Origin: Flectonema sp. DT1601
Taxonomy: Eukaryota
Assembly: GCA_964019425.1 (NCBI GenBank)
Contig: OZ025790.1
Span: 1,302,001 to 1,366,000 of the forward strand
Direction of reading: 5' to 3'
DNA: 64,000 nt
Part shown: positions 1 through 10,451 of the stretch, piece by piece
How the letters are laid out: each line of letters starts with the position of its first letter
How positions within the stretch are numbered: position 1 is the stretch's first letter
The notes under the pieces: generated by a model
Told to the model about the DNA's origin: nothing
Database searches by the model: none
What the model saw: the letters and a program-made list of their open reading frames with translations, nothing else
Program-made: the position numbers and the translations under genes

Positions 1-485
1 GATGCAGGCGAGGGTAGTATTTTGAAAATACATCGTTTTGGTGTATTGTTTTTTTTTACTGTTTTAATAGCATTGGTTCATTAATTGTATCGCACAACTT
101 AACTTCAATGTGTGTTTTCTTTTCTTTTCTATTCTTTTTTTTTTTAAAAACTTTTCCTTTTTTATATTTTGATTTGGTACACTATCGCATAACAAACTAA
201 TATTCTCGTTACAACAGCAATACTTAACTATGTTGATTTGTTTGAGAAAGCAAACACGATGAGTCAGGGTTGTTGTCCGAAGAAAGGTTGTCAAAGTTTC
301 CCCACCTTTCTGATTTTACATTGCAACCAGGTTTTGTCCGAACCCTTGTTTGTCTTTACCTTCAATCTTAACATAATATTATACTTCTTTCTCAGGTGTA
401 TATAGTGATGGAAAGCGAATTACTGGATAGCAGTATTTTATGGGAAATCACAACCACAGAATATGTTGCACTATTCAGGAATCGG

Positions 486-720
486 AAGCTGCTTTTCGGG
501 GTTTTCCTTATTACTTTACGATTGTTGCCGCCGTTCGGAACACTTCAGCAATTTTAATAAATATTTTTGTCTTTCAGTAGATTACTAAAGAAGAGAAGTT
601 CTAGTATTGGAAATCATTTTTTGTGTAGGTGTTCAGAAATCGCTTCTCTTGACCTTTCGGGTCTTAGCAGTGTCACCAGTATTGGAAGTCGTTTTTTGTC
701 TGAGTGTTCACAAATCACTT
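486..720 (+). pseudogene. Deleted relic of the Ubl-LRR gene and its upstream region
   Basis: 486-597 matches the 5' flank at about 23827-23943. It is followed by about 1.5 LRR units (cttctcttgacctttcgggtcttagcagtgtcaccagtattggaa) like those at 24450-24990. No start codon or Ubl part. Confidence 0.8.
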
Positions 721-1865
721 GGGTAACGAAACTCGGATAGCGCGCCTCCTCGTGGTGTTGCCTGGATGCACCTTGTGTGTAACTAGAGTGCTGACGTATT
801 GTTGTTGCTGTGTATTCTTTTACCCCCGTTTTATTTTCCGGTAGCCTAACCTTTAAAAAAAAAGGACAACATAGCAGAAGGTCAGGTGATCCGGCCCGGG
901 ATACTCAGGCACCCAGAGCTCACAGGGGCCACCGGGTTTTTATTTTTTCCTTAGTGGCATGATTTCCCTTTACCCCCATTTCCCTCAAACTTCCCCCGTT
1001 TAGTCTTTTCACGCATGGGGGGATTATAAGTTCAGGTCGCCTGAAATGTATTAACAGTATCAGCCCCGCGAGTTACTCGGGGAGCTCCCATGCAATGTGT
1101 GGAGAAAGAGGCCATCCCTCCCCCTACCTCTCTGCTTTACTACGTCGTTTTTTGTGTGTGGCATTTCTTTTCTTATATTCTTTTCTTTTCAATCTTGTTC
1201 CTTCACACGCTTCCCAAAAGCTGCGGATTTTGTAGAGCTTGTCAGTAGGTACGGGGTTGGTGACAGTGTAAAACTTTAGATTGGTTCGAATTTAGAGGAA
1301 CCGATCTCAGGAAGCGAAGTGGGGTGTGTACGCTGGGTCTGATGTACCGTTCCTGTAATCTGAGATATTTGGTTTATCACAGAGACCCACGAGGATATTG
1401 AGTCCTAAAGAGAGTTTGAGTTCAGACTGTTCCCAGTGCAGAAAAAAAAAAGAGAACTTTTTCTCAGAAAAAGCTGGTGATTTTGCAGCACGATCTTTCC
1501 TTTTAACAGTAACTCACAGAATGATCAGAGGCTGCTTCTGTATAGTTACGAGTTCTGGGATTGCTGTAACTCGTTGTTTCCTCGGTAGCGAAAGACATCT
1601 AATGTTCGAGATATTTGCATATCCCTGATGTATGCAGCTAAGTTAGAAGCGTTAATATTGAAATGAACTACTGATGTTACTTTTTTTTGCTAATGTTTTA
1701 AGTTGGTTAACTATTTTGACACAATACAGCATTTTCCCACCCCCCATGAAGCCTTCATCCTGTAGAATGTGGTCTCCGAATCACCATATTCGACAGCACA
1801 TACCAAGAAGCTAAATGCGATGCACATATTTATGTCCTTAGTTATTTACACTCACAGTTCTTTGA

Positions 1866-4488
1866 ATGGACCTACAGAATGAAATCAAACAACGAACAAT
1901 TAATGTTACAGTTCTTGCGGCGGTAGTTGTTTTTTACTTACTATTTGAAACTTTCCGATATGAAAATGGCTATGGGGACATTTTAATTCGTGAAAACATA
2001 GAAACGGATGAAGACGTTAATACAACGTGGTACAGTTCAAAGCAAAATACCTGGTTAGCAGGGGACTGTCCATTGAGTGGTTTGATGGGGACATTATCTC
2101 CAACAGGGAATGAATCTGGATGGATTGAAATATATCATTCAAATTCTTCTCTTCTTTCAGAACGATCTGGAACTCAACATCTCCAATCAGAATTATCCTG
2201 TTGGCATGATGCTCCAGAAGTTTGTAGCAGTTGTTGTGATGGTCTCCATCGAGGATGTGGCGGCGAACGCAAACCAAAATATATGACTAAGCATTTACGA
2301 GGTAAAATGGACAACACTTTTCCCATCGCAATTAAGAATGGTCTCATTGCAGGATTCGGTCAGGAAATACCGTACTCCTATGCCCTTCGAAAACAAGGAA
2401 TCCTGCTTCATAACGACAAAGTAACCCAGAGTGATTGCACAGTAAATATTTCGATACCTGTAATGCTTATTGTCAGTGGCAGATGGACACAAGCAACATC
2501 AGCAGTCAATGCAGCCCATTGGATAGCTGAGGTCTTTGGTCCATTGGTTCAGGCTGCCCACACACATAAAGTTGATGCGTTCATCCCTATTGTTACGGTT
2601 TGCTATTTTTGTTTTTTTCATTGTGTGGTGTGATGAATCAACTCAGCAAGAAAAAAAAAAAAAAATAGTTTTGTGGAGGATCCCCAAAGGCTTCTTGCAG
2701 CGGACACACTGTTTCATATTCAAGTAATCCGCTACCACATTGGAAGTCATCAGGTGGAGTGAATGACACTCACTGGCCATTCATATTGCCCAGGTTTGTA
2801 AATTACTTGCTCATCTTTTTTTTCCCTTTTTTTTTCCCGCAGGCTTCCATTGATGACCTGTAATTTTTGTTACTTTCGACATGGGGTGGGTCAAATCAAG
2901 AGATTAGTAACTTCAATGTTCCACTTTGGCCGGGTCACCAGACAGTATTGGGAGTTGAGGTTGCAGTTTTTTGTAATATTTTTTAAAGAAACCCAAACCT
3001 TAGGACGACTATATTTGTCTCTTTTTTTTGCATGAAGTGGTTCTCACGCTTCAGTTTTTTGGGATTGCATCATCACGTCAACTTCCCAAGCTTTACGCTA
3101 TTTTGATGTAGTAACATATTACAGAATGAAATGTTTAAAGAGTTCGTCTGCATCCCTTTTCTGGGAGCGAGCAGTTAGATCTGCTTATTCTCATCCAACT
3201 AGTAGGAATGTTTTCCATCTCTGATGCCGCTCTTCTGATGTAGCCTGCAAGCAAGTAGCAGTGAGAACTTAAGCACAGTTGATGGTGAGGAAGCAGTGTT
3301 GGAAGCGATTGCCAAAGAGAGCGAATCAGTTCCTACAACTGCTGATGAGGAAATGAATTAATTAATCAACTCTATGAGTCTTCTCAACTAACTAGCACAG
3401 TAAGTGGTGAGGCAAACGTGATTCTTGTGTACTTTCTTACCAAAAAAAAGAAAGTGAGGTGGGAAAAAAAAGGAGGGGGAAAAAAGGGGTCGAACTATTC
3501 TTTATTCTTTTTATATTTGGCGTAGTGAATCTTGTTTCAGAAGCTGAAACTCCGTTTTTTTCATATCTTCTACTGTCCGCAGCTGGTCATTTCATTTATA
3601 TCACCGTCTGAGTGTAAGACTTTAATCCTCTATCTCTGGGGGAAAGTTTCATTTTTTTTTTTTAAACAAGCATTGTAACACACAAACAAACGTATCAGTC
3701 TAAGTCGGTTCACGGTTCCGTGCACATTACTATTTTCGCCTATTATTTTTTTTTTCCCCCTGTTGTAAACACATCATCTGTGTCATCATGCAAAAAAAAA
3801 AAACAGGTTTATGGGCATCCCTTGGCTGTCAAAACTTACTGCAGCGCCTCGGTTTGCATCAAATGACACAGTTTGTATAGAAAGATTCTTCGTGGGTTGT
3901 CCACAACCAATGCATTGCCCTGCTCCAAAATATGTTCAATCAGTGATGCCGTTGATGAGAAGTTGGTTGCAGCAGTATGGGGGACTACAATATGGGAGAT
4001 TACTTCCGGATCAAAAGAATAATTTAGTAATTATAAATAGAAAACCAGGAGGAACTCGATATATTGCTAACACTAACGACTTAGTAGCGATTGCTGCTGC
4101 TGAAGGTTGGAATTCATTTGTCTCAGTTGGTTCTTACAATCTAATGCTTACACACATTCAACAAGCGAGTTTAACTGCCTCTTTTCATGGTGCGGATTTA
4201 GCACTAGCGATGCTTTTCAAAAGAGATTTCTCTGCCATTATAGAAATCCTTCTCAACCAAGGAAGGCGTGAAGATCCTTGGTATTTGTACCAAGCTAATG
4301 GGGCTTCGTTGAAAATAATTAGATGGATTTTACACCATACACAAGTCCCAGAATGGGTGAATGAGCCAGAAGAAGTGCAGCGTCGTGGAAAGTACAAAAA
4401 CAGACTTTCATGGAGGAGGAAATCAATAAATTTCACATTGCCGTTGGAATCTTGGAGGACAGTGCTGCAGACCGCTGGTTCGGTGTAA
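1866..4488 (+). CDS. Glycosyltransferase family 61-like type II membrane protein; exons 1866-2597, 2669-2793, 3807-4488
   Basis: N-terminal TM segment; motifs NAAHWIAE, LVIINRK..RYIAN and SFHGADL resemble GT61 (HGAGL). Two GT-AG introns join three exons in frame (phase 0, then phase 2). Confidence 0.75.
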
Positions 4489-4576
4489 CAACGGGACATT
4501 ATTCTCCAAAATTATAATATAGTAAAAATCGGGTGCTCTAAGATTTTCGTCGAAATCTCTGTTCTATTGTTTTTAG

Positions 4577-4884
4577 AACAGACATAGAACAAGTTGCTGT
4601 TGGGGAGAATGTGTCTTCGTCAAACACGATGGAGATTCTGACAGGTATCAATTCGGTACTCAGAGAAGAAAATGAAAAACTAATTAGAGAATCCCAACAA
4701 TCTTCTTCAGTTATCAAGTCTCTTGAAGTTCCGGTTTTTGTTACAATCACCAGTTACCCGTTAATTATTTTTTCTTAAGACTTAATAAGTATTTTTAGAA
4801 TCTGGTTGATTTCATTTTGTTTCATCCTGATGTTCATTCTTGAAACAGATTTTTGCTCTGAACCCTTTCTAATATGAAGGCCAT
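4577..4884 (+). repeat. Mosaic duplicated fragments of 14270-14421 and 17181-17322
   Basis: Near-identical to both source segments, joined by short linkers. Confidence 0.9.
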
Positions 4885-4910
4885 TTGTTTTTGGAATGAA
4901 CAGGCGTCAA

Positions 4911-4920
4911 GTTCGATTCC
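4911..4920 (+). promoter_or_regulatory. Extragenic Pol III B-box upstream of U1
   Basis: GTTCGATTCC, 87 nt before the inferred U1 start. Confidence 0.7.
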
Positions 4921-4997
4921 GGGTCGAAGCATGATAAACTAGCTGATTGTAAAATTATCGGCCTCCTGGAAAGCTTTCGAAGGATATTTTGAGAAGT

Positions 4998-5158
4998 ACA
5001 TACCTGATTGGTGTCTGGCCTGATCACGTAGGGTGCCGACATAACAACGGTCCTTGCATTGCACTTCGCTTGGAACGTTGTTAGGGGGCTGGTTTCGGCT
5101 GGCTTCCCACAATGAAATTTTTGGTAGCGGTGGTGCTGCGCTTGCGCAAACCCACCTT
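4998..5158 (+). ncRNA. U1: U1 snRNA copy 1
   Basis: ACATACCTG 5' end, U1-70K loop GATCACG, U1A loop CATTGCACT, Sm site AATTTTTGG, terminal stem, T-run. Confidence 0.92.
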
Positions 5159-5254
5159 ATTTTTTTTTACTGTAAATTCCACCGATACTCAATGGAGCAT
5201 TTTTTTAAAGCCAATCTGTGAGAATATTTCACTTTATAGAATTTCGACTGTCAA

Positions 5255-5264
5255 GTTCGAATCC
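5255..5264 (+). promoter_or_regulatory. Extragenic B-box upstream of U3
   Basis: GTTCGAATCC, 87 nt before U3. Confidence 0.7.
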
Positions 5265-5341
5265 CGGTGAAGGCGAGAAGTGACTCTCTTTTGGTGGATA
5301 GGCAATCCCCTGAACGAAGCTGTGAGGGAGTTTTAGAGATT

Positions 5342-5523
5342 AAGACTGTACTCTACACAGGATCTGTTTTTGAGTACATTCGTGTTGGAGTTTACATAAC
5401 CCAGCACAAGGCCAAAGCTGGATGATGACGTAGACCAGCACTGTGCCGCATGAGCATTGCGATGATTGCATACGATGCGTCAAGTTTCACCTTGACAAGC
5501 ACAGTCTGGTCACTTACAGCTTT
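5342..5523 (+). ncRNA. U3: U3 snoRNA copy 1
   Basis: AAGACTGTACTC..GGATC (GAC/box A'/A), box C' GATGATGA, box B GAGC, box C GATGA, stems GACCAGCACTGTGC/GCACAGTCTGGTC and AAAGCTG/CAGCTTT. Confidence 0.88.
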
Positions 5524-5733
5524 TTTAATAAAATCAACATAAGAATGTTGCCTTTCAAAAAAAGGCATCTAACCTGATCCTTTTGGTTTGGCTGGGTAAG
5601 GATAATTATGATAATTACTAACCTGTAATAACTGTGTAACCAGCTTAAGACTGTTTTATTTTAGCAGATAAAACACATTCTGACAAGTCTTTCTTTGGTG
5701 AATTATATTCCGAAGGCATATAATAATTCACCA

Positions 5734-5743
5734 GTTCGATTCC
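5734..5743 (+). promoter_or_regulatory. Extragenic B-box upstream of U5
   Basis: GTTCGATTCC, 87 nt before U5. Confidence 0.7.
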
Positions 5744-5820
5744 CGCTGTTGACTACTTTCGATGCATCGTCCAGGAGAAGAGGCATCTCTGTTCCTTTGC
5801 TCCAATACTTTTTTGAGAGC

Positions 5821-5931
5821 ATCTCACGATTCTTGTTCATATCGAACTCATCTTTCGCCTTTTACTAAAGATGACCGTGGACATGCATCACTAAGTGAAA
5901 ACTTAATTTTTATAGAGACCTCGCTGTCTCC
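5821..5931 (+). ncRNA. U5: U5 snRNA copy 1
   Basis: Invariant loop I TCTTTCGCCTTTTACTAAAGA, CCG internal loop, Sm-like AATTTTTATAG, 3' hairpin GAGAC/GTCTC. Confidence 0.92.
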
Positions 5932-6117
5932 TTTTAATTTTTAGGGAAACGCATGCAAAAATCGGTGACTTTTTTTGTATAGAGTTGCTATATTCTTTAT
6001 TACACCTCACTTTTTCTTAGGAAATCGTCTTAACGATGACAGTCCACTTGCAGTTTTTTTATTAGATGGACAATTACAATTTTTTTCCTTAAGTCACTAG
6101 CAAACTGGATCACAAAA

Positions 6118-9100
6118 ATGATACGACTCGAGCAGATGGAAGAGGAAGGATATGAAAGTGGGGAGGTGAACAACACCAAAAAGCTCTTCTGGCGGATATT
6201 CGCAGCGATTGTAATTATAATTGCGTTGGTTATGCTAGTGACCACAGTGGTTAAGGCGAAGAGTGAGAAAACAACGATTGATTTTACAAGGGTTCCAACC
6301 CCAAGTCCTACAAGTGCAGCACCAACAGTACGACTTGTTGATGGGAACGTTGCGAGTGAGGGAAGGGTTGAGCTCTACCACAACGGATCGTGGGGTACAA
6401 TTTGCGGAGATAATTGGGATGCACGAGACGCCCACGTTGTCTGCCAATCACTTGGCTATGTAGGAGCACGTGATGCTCCACTGCACGCCTATTTTGGAGA
6501 AGGAAAGCTTCCTATTTTATTAGATGATGTGAATTGCGAAGGTGACGAGAACAGCATTTTTGATTGTCGTCATCCACCATACTACACACATGACTGTCTT
6601 CACAGCCAAGATGCAAGTGCTATATGCCTCAACAGTAATGTAGACGACACATGTGATTCATCTTGTAAGGCTTTCCCTATTCATTTTACGACTACAGCCG
6701 CTACGGTTCTGTTATTGTGTGATGTAAGAGGTCATTTTATTTCATCACCCTCCGTCAATAAGGATGTTCGGGTTAGCAGTGGTGTTGGTTCAACGATAGT
6801 AGTCCCAATTGACCTGTCGAACTCTTCAAGCTCTGATGTGATCTTTGAGTTGTTTTTAAACAGACGACCAGCTGCTTCAGTACTTCGGTCTTGGAGTGAT
6901 TTCTGTTCTTTGCGTGTTCCCGAAGGGACGATCAGCGGGAAATATGTAGCCAACAGAGTTGGTGAGGTCTCAGAAATCGGTAGAATTGTAACATACAGCA
7001 GCGGATGGGAATTCTCATCGGTGGAAGAATTTCCGAGTTTTGTTGGTGAATTTATAATATTCCCAAAGCAGATTGCTGCTACTCCATCCCCTCCTCCTCC
7101 TTGTCCTGCATCAGAAGAACTCATCAGTGGTGCGTACATATCAGGGTACGCACTGCATGATTCAAACATATACGACGTGGACACAGCTGTAGCAAAATGC
7201 CGGGACTACAACTGGGCTTGTGGAGGTGTTACGTGTACGACTGTCTCTTCGTGCACACTCAGGAGTGATTCCTCTCCAAAGGCTTCAAGTTCATCTGAGT
7301 ACACATGTTTAAAACAAGAACAGAAACTGATATCCAACCAATCAAAATGCATTGCTTGGAGAGCAACAAACGACTGTTCTGGAAGCGGAGATCTCATCAA
7401 AGAAGCGATAACTCAAAATTGTTCTTATGACATAGGGCAATCTGATTCTGGGATTTGCCAATGTGGGGGAAGAAGAGTGCTACCAATTTCATGTAATGAT
7501 AAACAAACAGTCAATCCGTTTAACTGTTCTTATGCGTGCAGTCTGCCTCCTGTTGATGAATGTGTTGATAATAATCCGTGTGAGGGATTTCCGTGTGCTG
7601 ATCCCTCTTCAGCTCAGCTTAATGATGTATTTTGTTCTTGTACCGATGGCTTACTTGGCGTCTCAATAAACTCACCTCCTGAATGCAGATCACCTTTCGT
7701 TGCTGTGGCTGGGGATTCTTTTGGTTGTCCAAAACAACTATTTCCTATTGACTCTCTAAATTCTTGTAGAAACGCATTCTTAGCCACCAACTCTGACGTT
7801 GAAAATGTTAAGGTTACTCTCAGTGATTACAACGGATGCGTTGTTGTTGATGATGAGGTGTATTGGGGATACCCAACTATACCACAAAATTTAAATTCAA
7901 CAGCGATTAACATAAGCAATATCGATACTTACACTTTGTGTGATACTCGTGAGTTACCTGGGGGACTTATCCCACCCCCAGAAGACAATAAACAGTCGGA
8001 AGAGATACAGCAGTTTGCAGTTGGTGAAGTACTGCAGCAATTATCTGAGGATTTGAGAAGGCATGTCGAGGTTAAAATAAAGTTTGATTCTCGTTGGGAT
8101 GGTTGCAGCCTGTCGTCTAATACGAATCAGAGCAGTCAATCAAAACCTGTTGTGGTTTCTGGGAACTCAGGTATCGCAGTGCTAAAGTGTGTGTACAAAT
8201 ACCTCATGGCTAACAACATGTCAACGTCGTGGGGTAGGTTCGGATCAAAGAACAATCTAAACCGACAAAATGATTGGAAAATTCAAAAAATTTCATTATC
8301 GAGTAAAGTCCCTTACAGATATGCTTTAAACGAAGTTACCTTCAGCTACACTAGCGCTTGGTGGGATTGGGACCAGTGGAGTGATCACATTAACTGGCTT
8401 GCCCTTCGAGGTGTAAACCTACCACTCGCACCAGTCGGACAAGAGTATCTCTGGGCTGAAGTCTACAGAGAGATTGGACTCACTGAAGAAGAGATTATGG
8501 ACCACTTTGGTAGCCCAGCATACCAGGCATGGGTTCGAATGGGGAATTTAGAAGGTTTCGGTGGAGGAGTTTCCGAAGCATTTCTACTGAAAAGACATTT
8601 ATTGCAGAAGAGAATTTTAAAGAAGATGACTAGCTTGGGAATGCACCCGGTGCTGCCAGCATTCGCTGGACATGTCCCTAGAGGGCTTGTGAGAGCGTAT
8701 CCGAACTCTTCGTTTGTTGAGGGTGGGGAGTGGAATGGTTTTCCTGGAGCAGTGTTTTTGCAACCGACTGATGAGTTATTCGCTGAGATAGCAGAAAAAT
8801 TTATAAATATTCAAATTAAATCTTACAATGGAACTGATCACTGGTACAGCGCTGATTCTTTCAACGAAATGATCCCATCTCAAACATCAACAGAATACCT
8901 CCAACAATCATCAACAGCTGTCTTGAGGGGAATAAAGAACGCTGATCCTAACGGTAAATGGATTCTTCAAGGGTGGTTCTTTACGAGACAATGGTGGGTA
9001 CAAAGGGACTATTTAGTAAAAGCATATTTAAGTAGTGTATCGCCGTCAGATGTTCTCATCTTAGATTTGAATAGCGTTATTGATCCAGTGTATGCCCGCA

Positions 9101-10185
9101 CCAATCAGTACTATGGACATTCATATGTTTGGTGTTTGTTACATAATTATGGTGGTAGGAATTTGATTTATGGAAATCTTGATGAAGTTTTTGAATCAGC
9201 GAAGACAGCAATGTCGAATGTGATGGGAGGACTCTCAGGTATCGGGATTACAATGGAAGGTTTAAATCAAAATGATATAATTTACGATATGACTCTAGAG
9301 TTGGCATGGCTTGACAACGACATCCCCGACAGAGGTGATTTCATATCAAAATGGACTCGGTCTTGGATCACAAGCAGGTACTCAAGCAGCCTTCCTATTC
9401 AAAGTTGGGAAATATTACTGAAAACAATGTACCGCACAAGTATGGAACCTCCTCTTAATAAATGGGTTATCTACGGTAGGCCATCTCTAACAGAGAGGTG
9501 TTCTTGCATCTACTGCAAACCAGAGCATAGCATTCACTCAGCATGGTCGTTATTTCTTAACGATAAAAATGCTTTGGGAGGGAGTCAGGTTTGGAGGTCA
9601 GATTTAGCTGTGCTAACGGGATTGGTATTGCAGAGCAGTGCTTGTAGGGTGATTGATGAATTGGTTACCGAGGTTGGTGATTTTCATTCTGGAGAACTAC
9701 TGGTAGAGACGGCTATAACAAACATAACAACGACCATGAAAGATTTAGAACAGATCCTCATCACTCTGGATGAGGTTCTCTCAACAGACGTCAACACTCA
9801 ACTATCCTGTTGGTTGTCTGACGCTGCCAAGTCTGGTGTTTCTCAAGACGAAAAAAACTCTTTTGTGGAGAGTGCTGCTCGTTTGGTCACATCCTGGGGA
9901 TTAACTTCTGCTCTGAATGACTATGCAAAACGTCATTGGGGAGGACTAGTTCGATCGTATTATCTCCCTCGATGGCAAATATTGAGATCTCAAATTCGTC
10001 AAATTCTCATAAACGGAACTGATCCCGATAGTTCTCTAATTCAGTTTGAACAATCATGGCCAGAGAGTCTATACGCTGATAACTTTACTACGGTAGTAGG
10101 TGGTTGCCTTCCTGTTGGTGACATTGTTCAGATTGCCGAAGAAGTGAGGCTGAAATACTATCCCGAACTGGTTGGTGTCAAGTAA
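6118..10185 (+). CDS. NAGLU: Membrane-anchored SRCR + Cys-rich/EGF-like + GH89 alpha-N-acetylglucosaminidase
   Basis: SRCR motif VRLVDG..EGRVELYHNGSWGTICGDNW; GH89 motifs YRYALNEVTFSY, WLALRGVNLP, PAFAGHVP, DSFNEM, CLLHNYGG, TMEG, DYAKRHWGGL. Confidence 0.9.
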   Translation: MIRLEQMEEEGYESGEVNNTKKLFWRIFAAIVIIIALVMLVTTVVKAKSEKTTIDFTRVPTPSPTSAAPTVRLVDGNVASEGRVELYHNGSWGTICGDNWDARDAHVVCQSLGYVGARDAPLHAYFGEGKLPILLDDVNCEGDENSIFDCRHPPYYTHDCLHSQDASAICLNSNVDDTCDSSCKAFPIHFTTTAATVLLLCDVRGHFISSPSVNKDVRVSSGVGSTIVVPIDLSNSSSSDVIFELFLNRRPAASVLRSWSDFCSLRVPEGTISGKYVANRVGEVSEIGRIVTYSSGWEFSSVEEFPSFVGEFIIFPKQIAATPSPPPPCPASEELISGAYISGYALHDSNIYDVDTAVAKCRDYNWACGGVTCTTVSSCTLRSDSSPKASSSSEYTCLKQEQKLISNQSKCIAWRATNDCSGSGDLIKEAITQNCSYDIGQSDSGICQCGGRRVLPISCNDKQTVNPFNCSYACSLPPVDECVDNNPCEGFPCADPSSAQLNDVFCSCTDGLLGVSINSPPECRSPFVAVAGDSFGCPKQLFPIDSLNSCRNAFLATNSDVENVKVTLSDYNGCVVVDDEVYWGYPTIPQNLNSTAINISNIDTYTLCDTRELPGGLIPPPEDNKQSEEIQQFAVGEVLQQLSEDLRRHVEVKIKFDSRWDGCSLSSNTNQSSQSKPVVVSGNSGIAVLKCVYKYLMANNMSTSWGRFGSKNNLNRQNDWKIQKISLSSKVPYRYALNEVTFSYTSAWWDWDQWSDHINWLALRGVNLPLAPVGQEYLWAEVYREIGLTEEEIMDHFGSPAYQAWVRMGNLEGFGGGVSEAFLLKRHLLQKRILKKMTSLGMHPVLPAFAGHVPRGLVRAYPNSSFVEGGEWNGFPGAVFLQPTDELFAEIAEKFINIQIKSYNGTDHWYSADSFNEMIPSQTSTEYLQQSSTAVLRGIKNADPNGKWILQGWFFTRQWWVQRDYLVKAYLSSVSPSDVLILDLNSVIDPVYARTNQYYGHSYVWCLLHNYGGRNLIYGNLDEVFESAKTAMSNVMGGLSGIGITMEGLNQNDIIYDMTLELAWLDNDIPDRGDFISKWTRSWITSRYSSSLPIQSWEILLKTMYRTSMEPPLNKWVIYGRPSLTERCSCIYCKPEHSIHSAWSLFLNDKNALGGSQVWRSDLAVLTGLVLQSSACRVIDELVTEVGDFHSGELLVETAITNITTTMKDLEQILITLDEVLSTDVNTQLSCWLSDAAKSGVSQDEKNSFVESAARLVTSWGLTSALNDYAKRHWGGLVRSYYLPRWQILRSQIRQILINGTDPDSSLIQFEQSWPESLYADNFTTVVGGCLPVGDIVQIAEEVRLKYYPELVGVK

Positions 10186-10451
10186 CACCAAAAAAAAAAA
10201 AAAAGACTTCGTGTGACTTATCCTTTTTGTTCCTTGTACGTTTTCTTGAATATTCTTATTATTATTATTACCAATTGTGGTTTCTTTTTTTTTTTTTTTT
10301 CCTGTTGACGTTATCACACTTATGGATTGCAATCGTCTATTGTTTGTTAAAAGGTAACTCACAACACACAACTCACACACGCAATGTGCTTTATCATTAA
10401 CCATCATGTTGCATTTAAGGACAATAAAACTCCTCAAAAAAGAAAAAAAAA

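Noticed and set aside
4880..5760. tRNA genes at the GTTCGA(A/T)TCC motifs
   Set aside because: No acceptor, D or anticodon stems could be built on either strand. The GGTGAATTAT/ATAATTCACC hairpin at 5697-5732 is not a cloverleaf.
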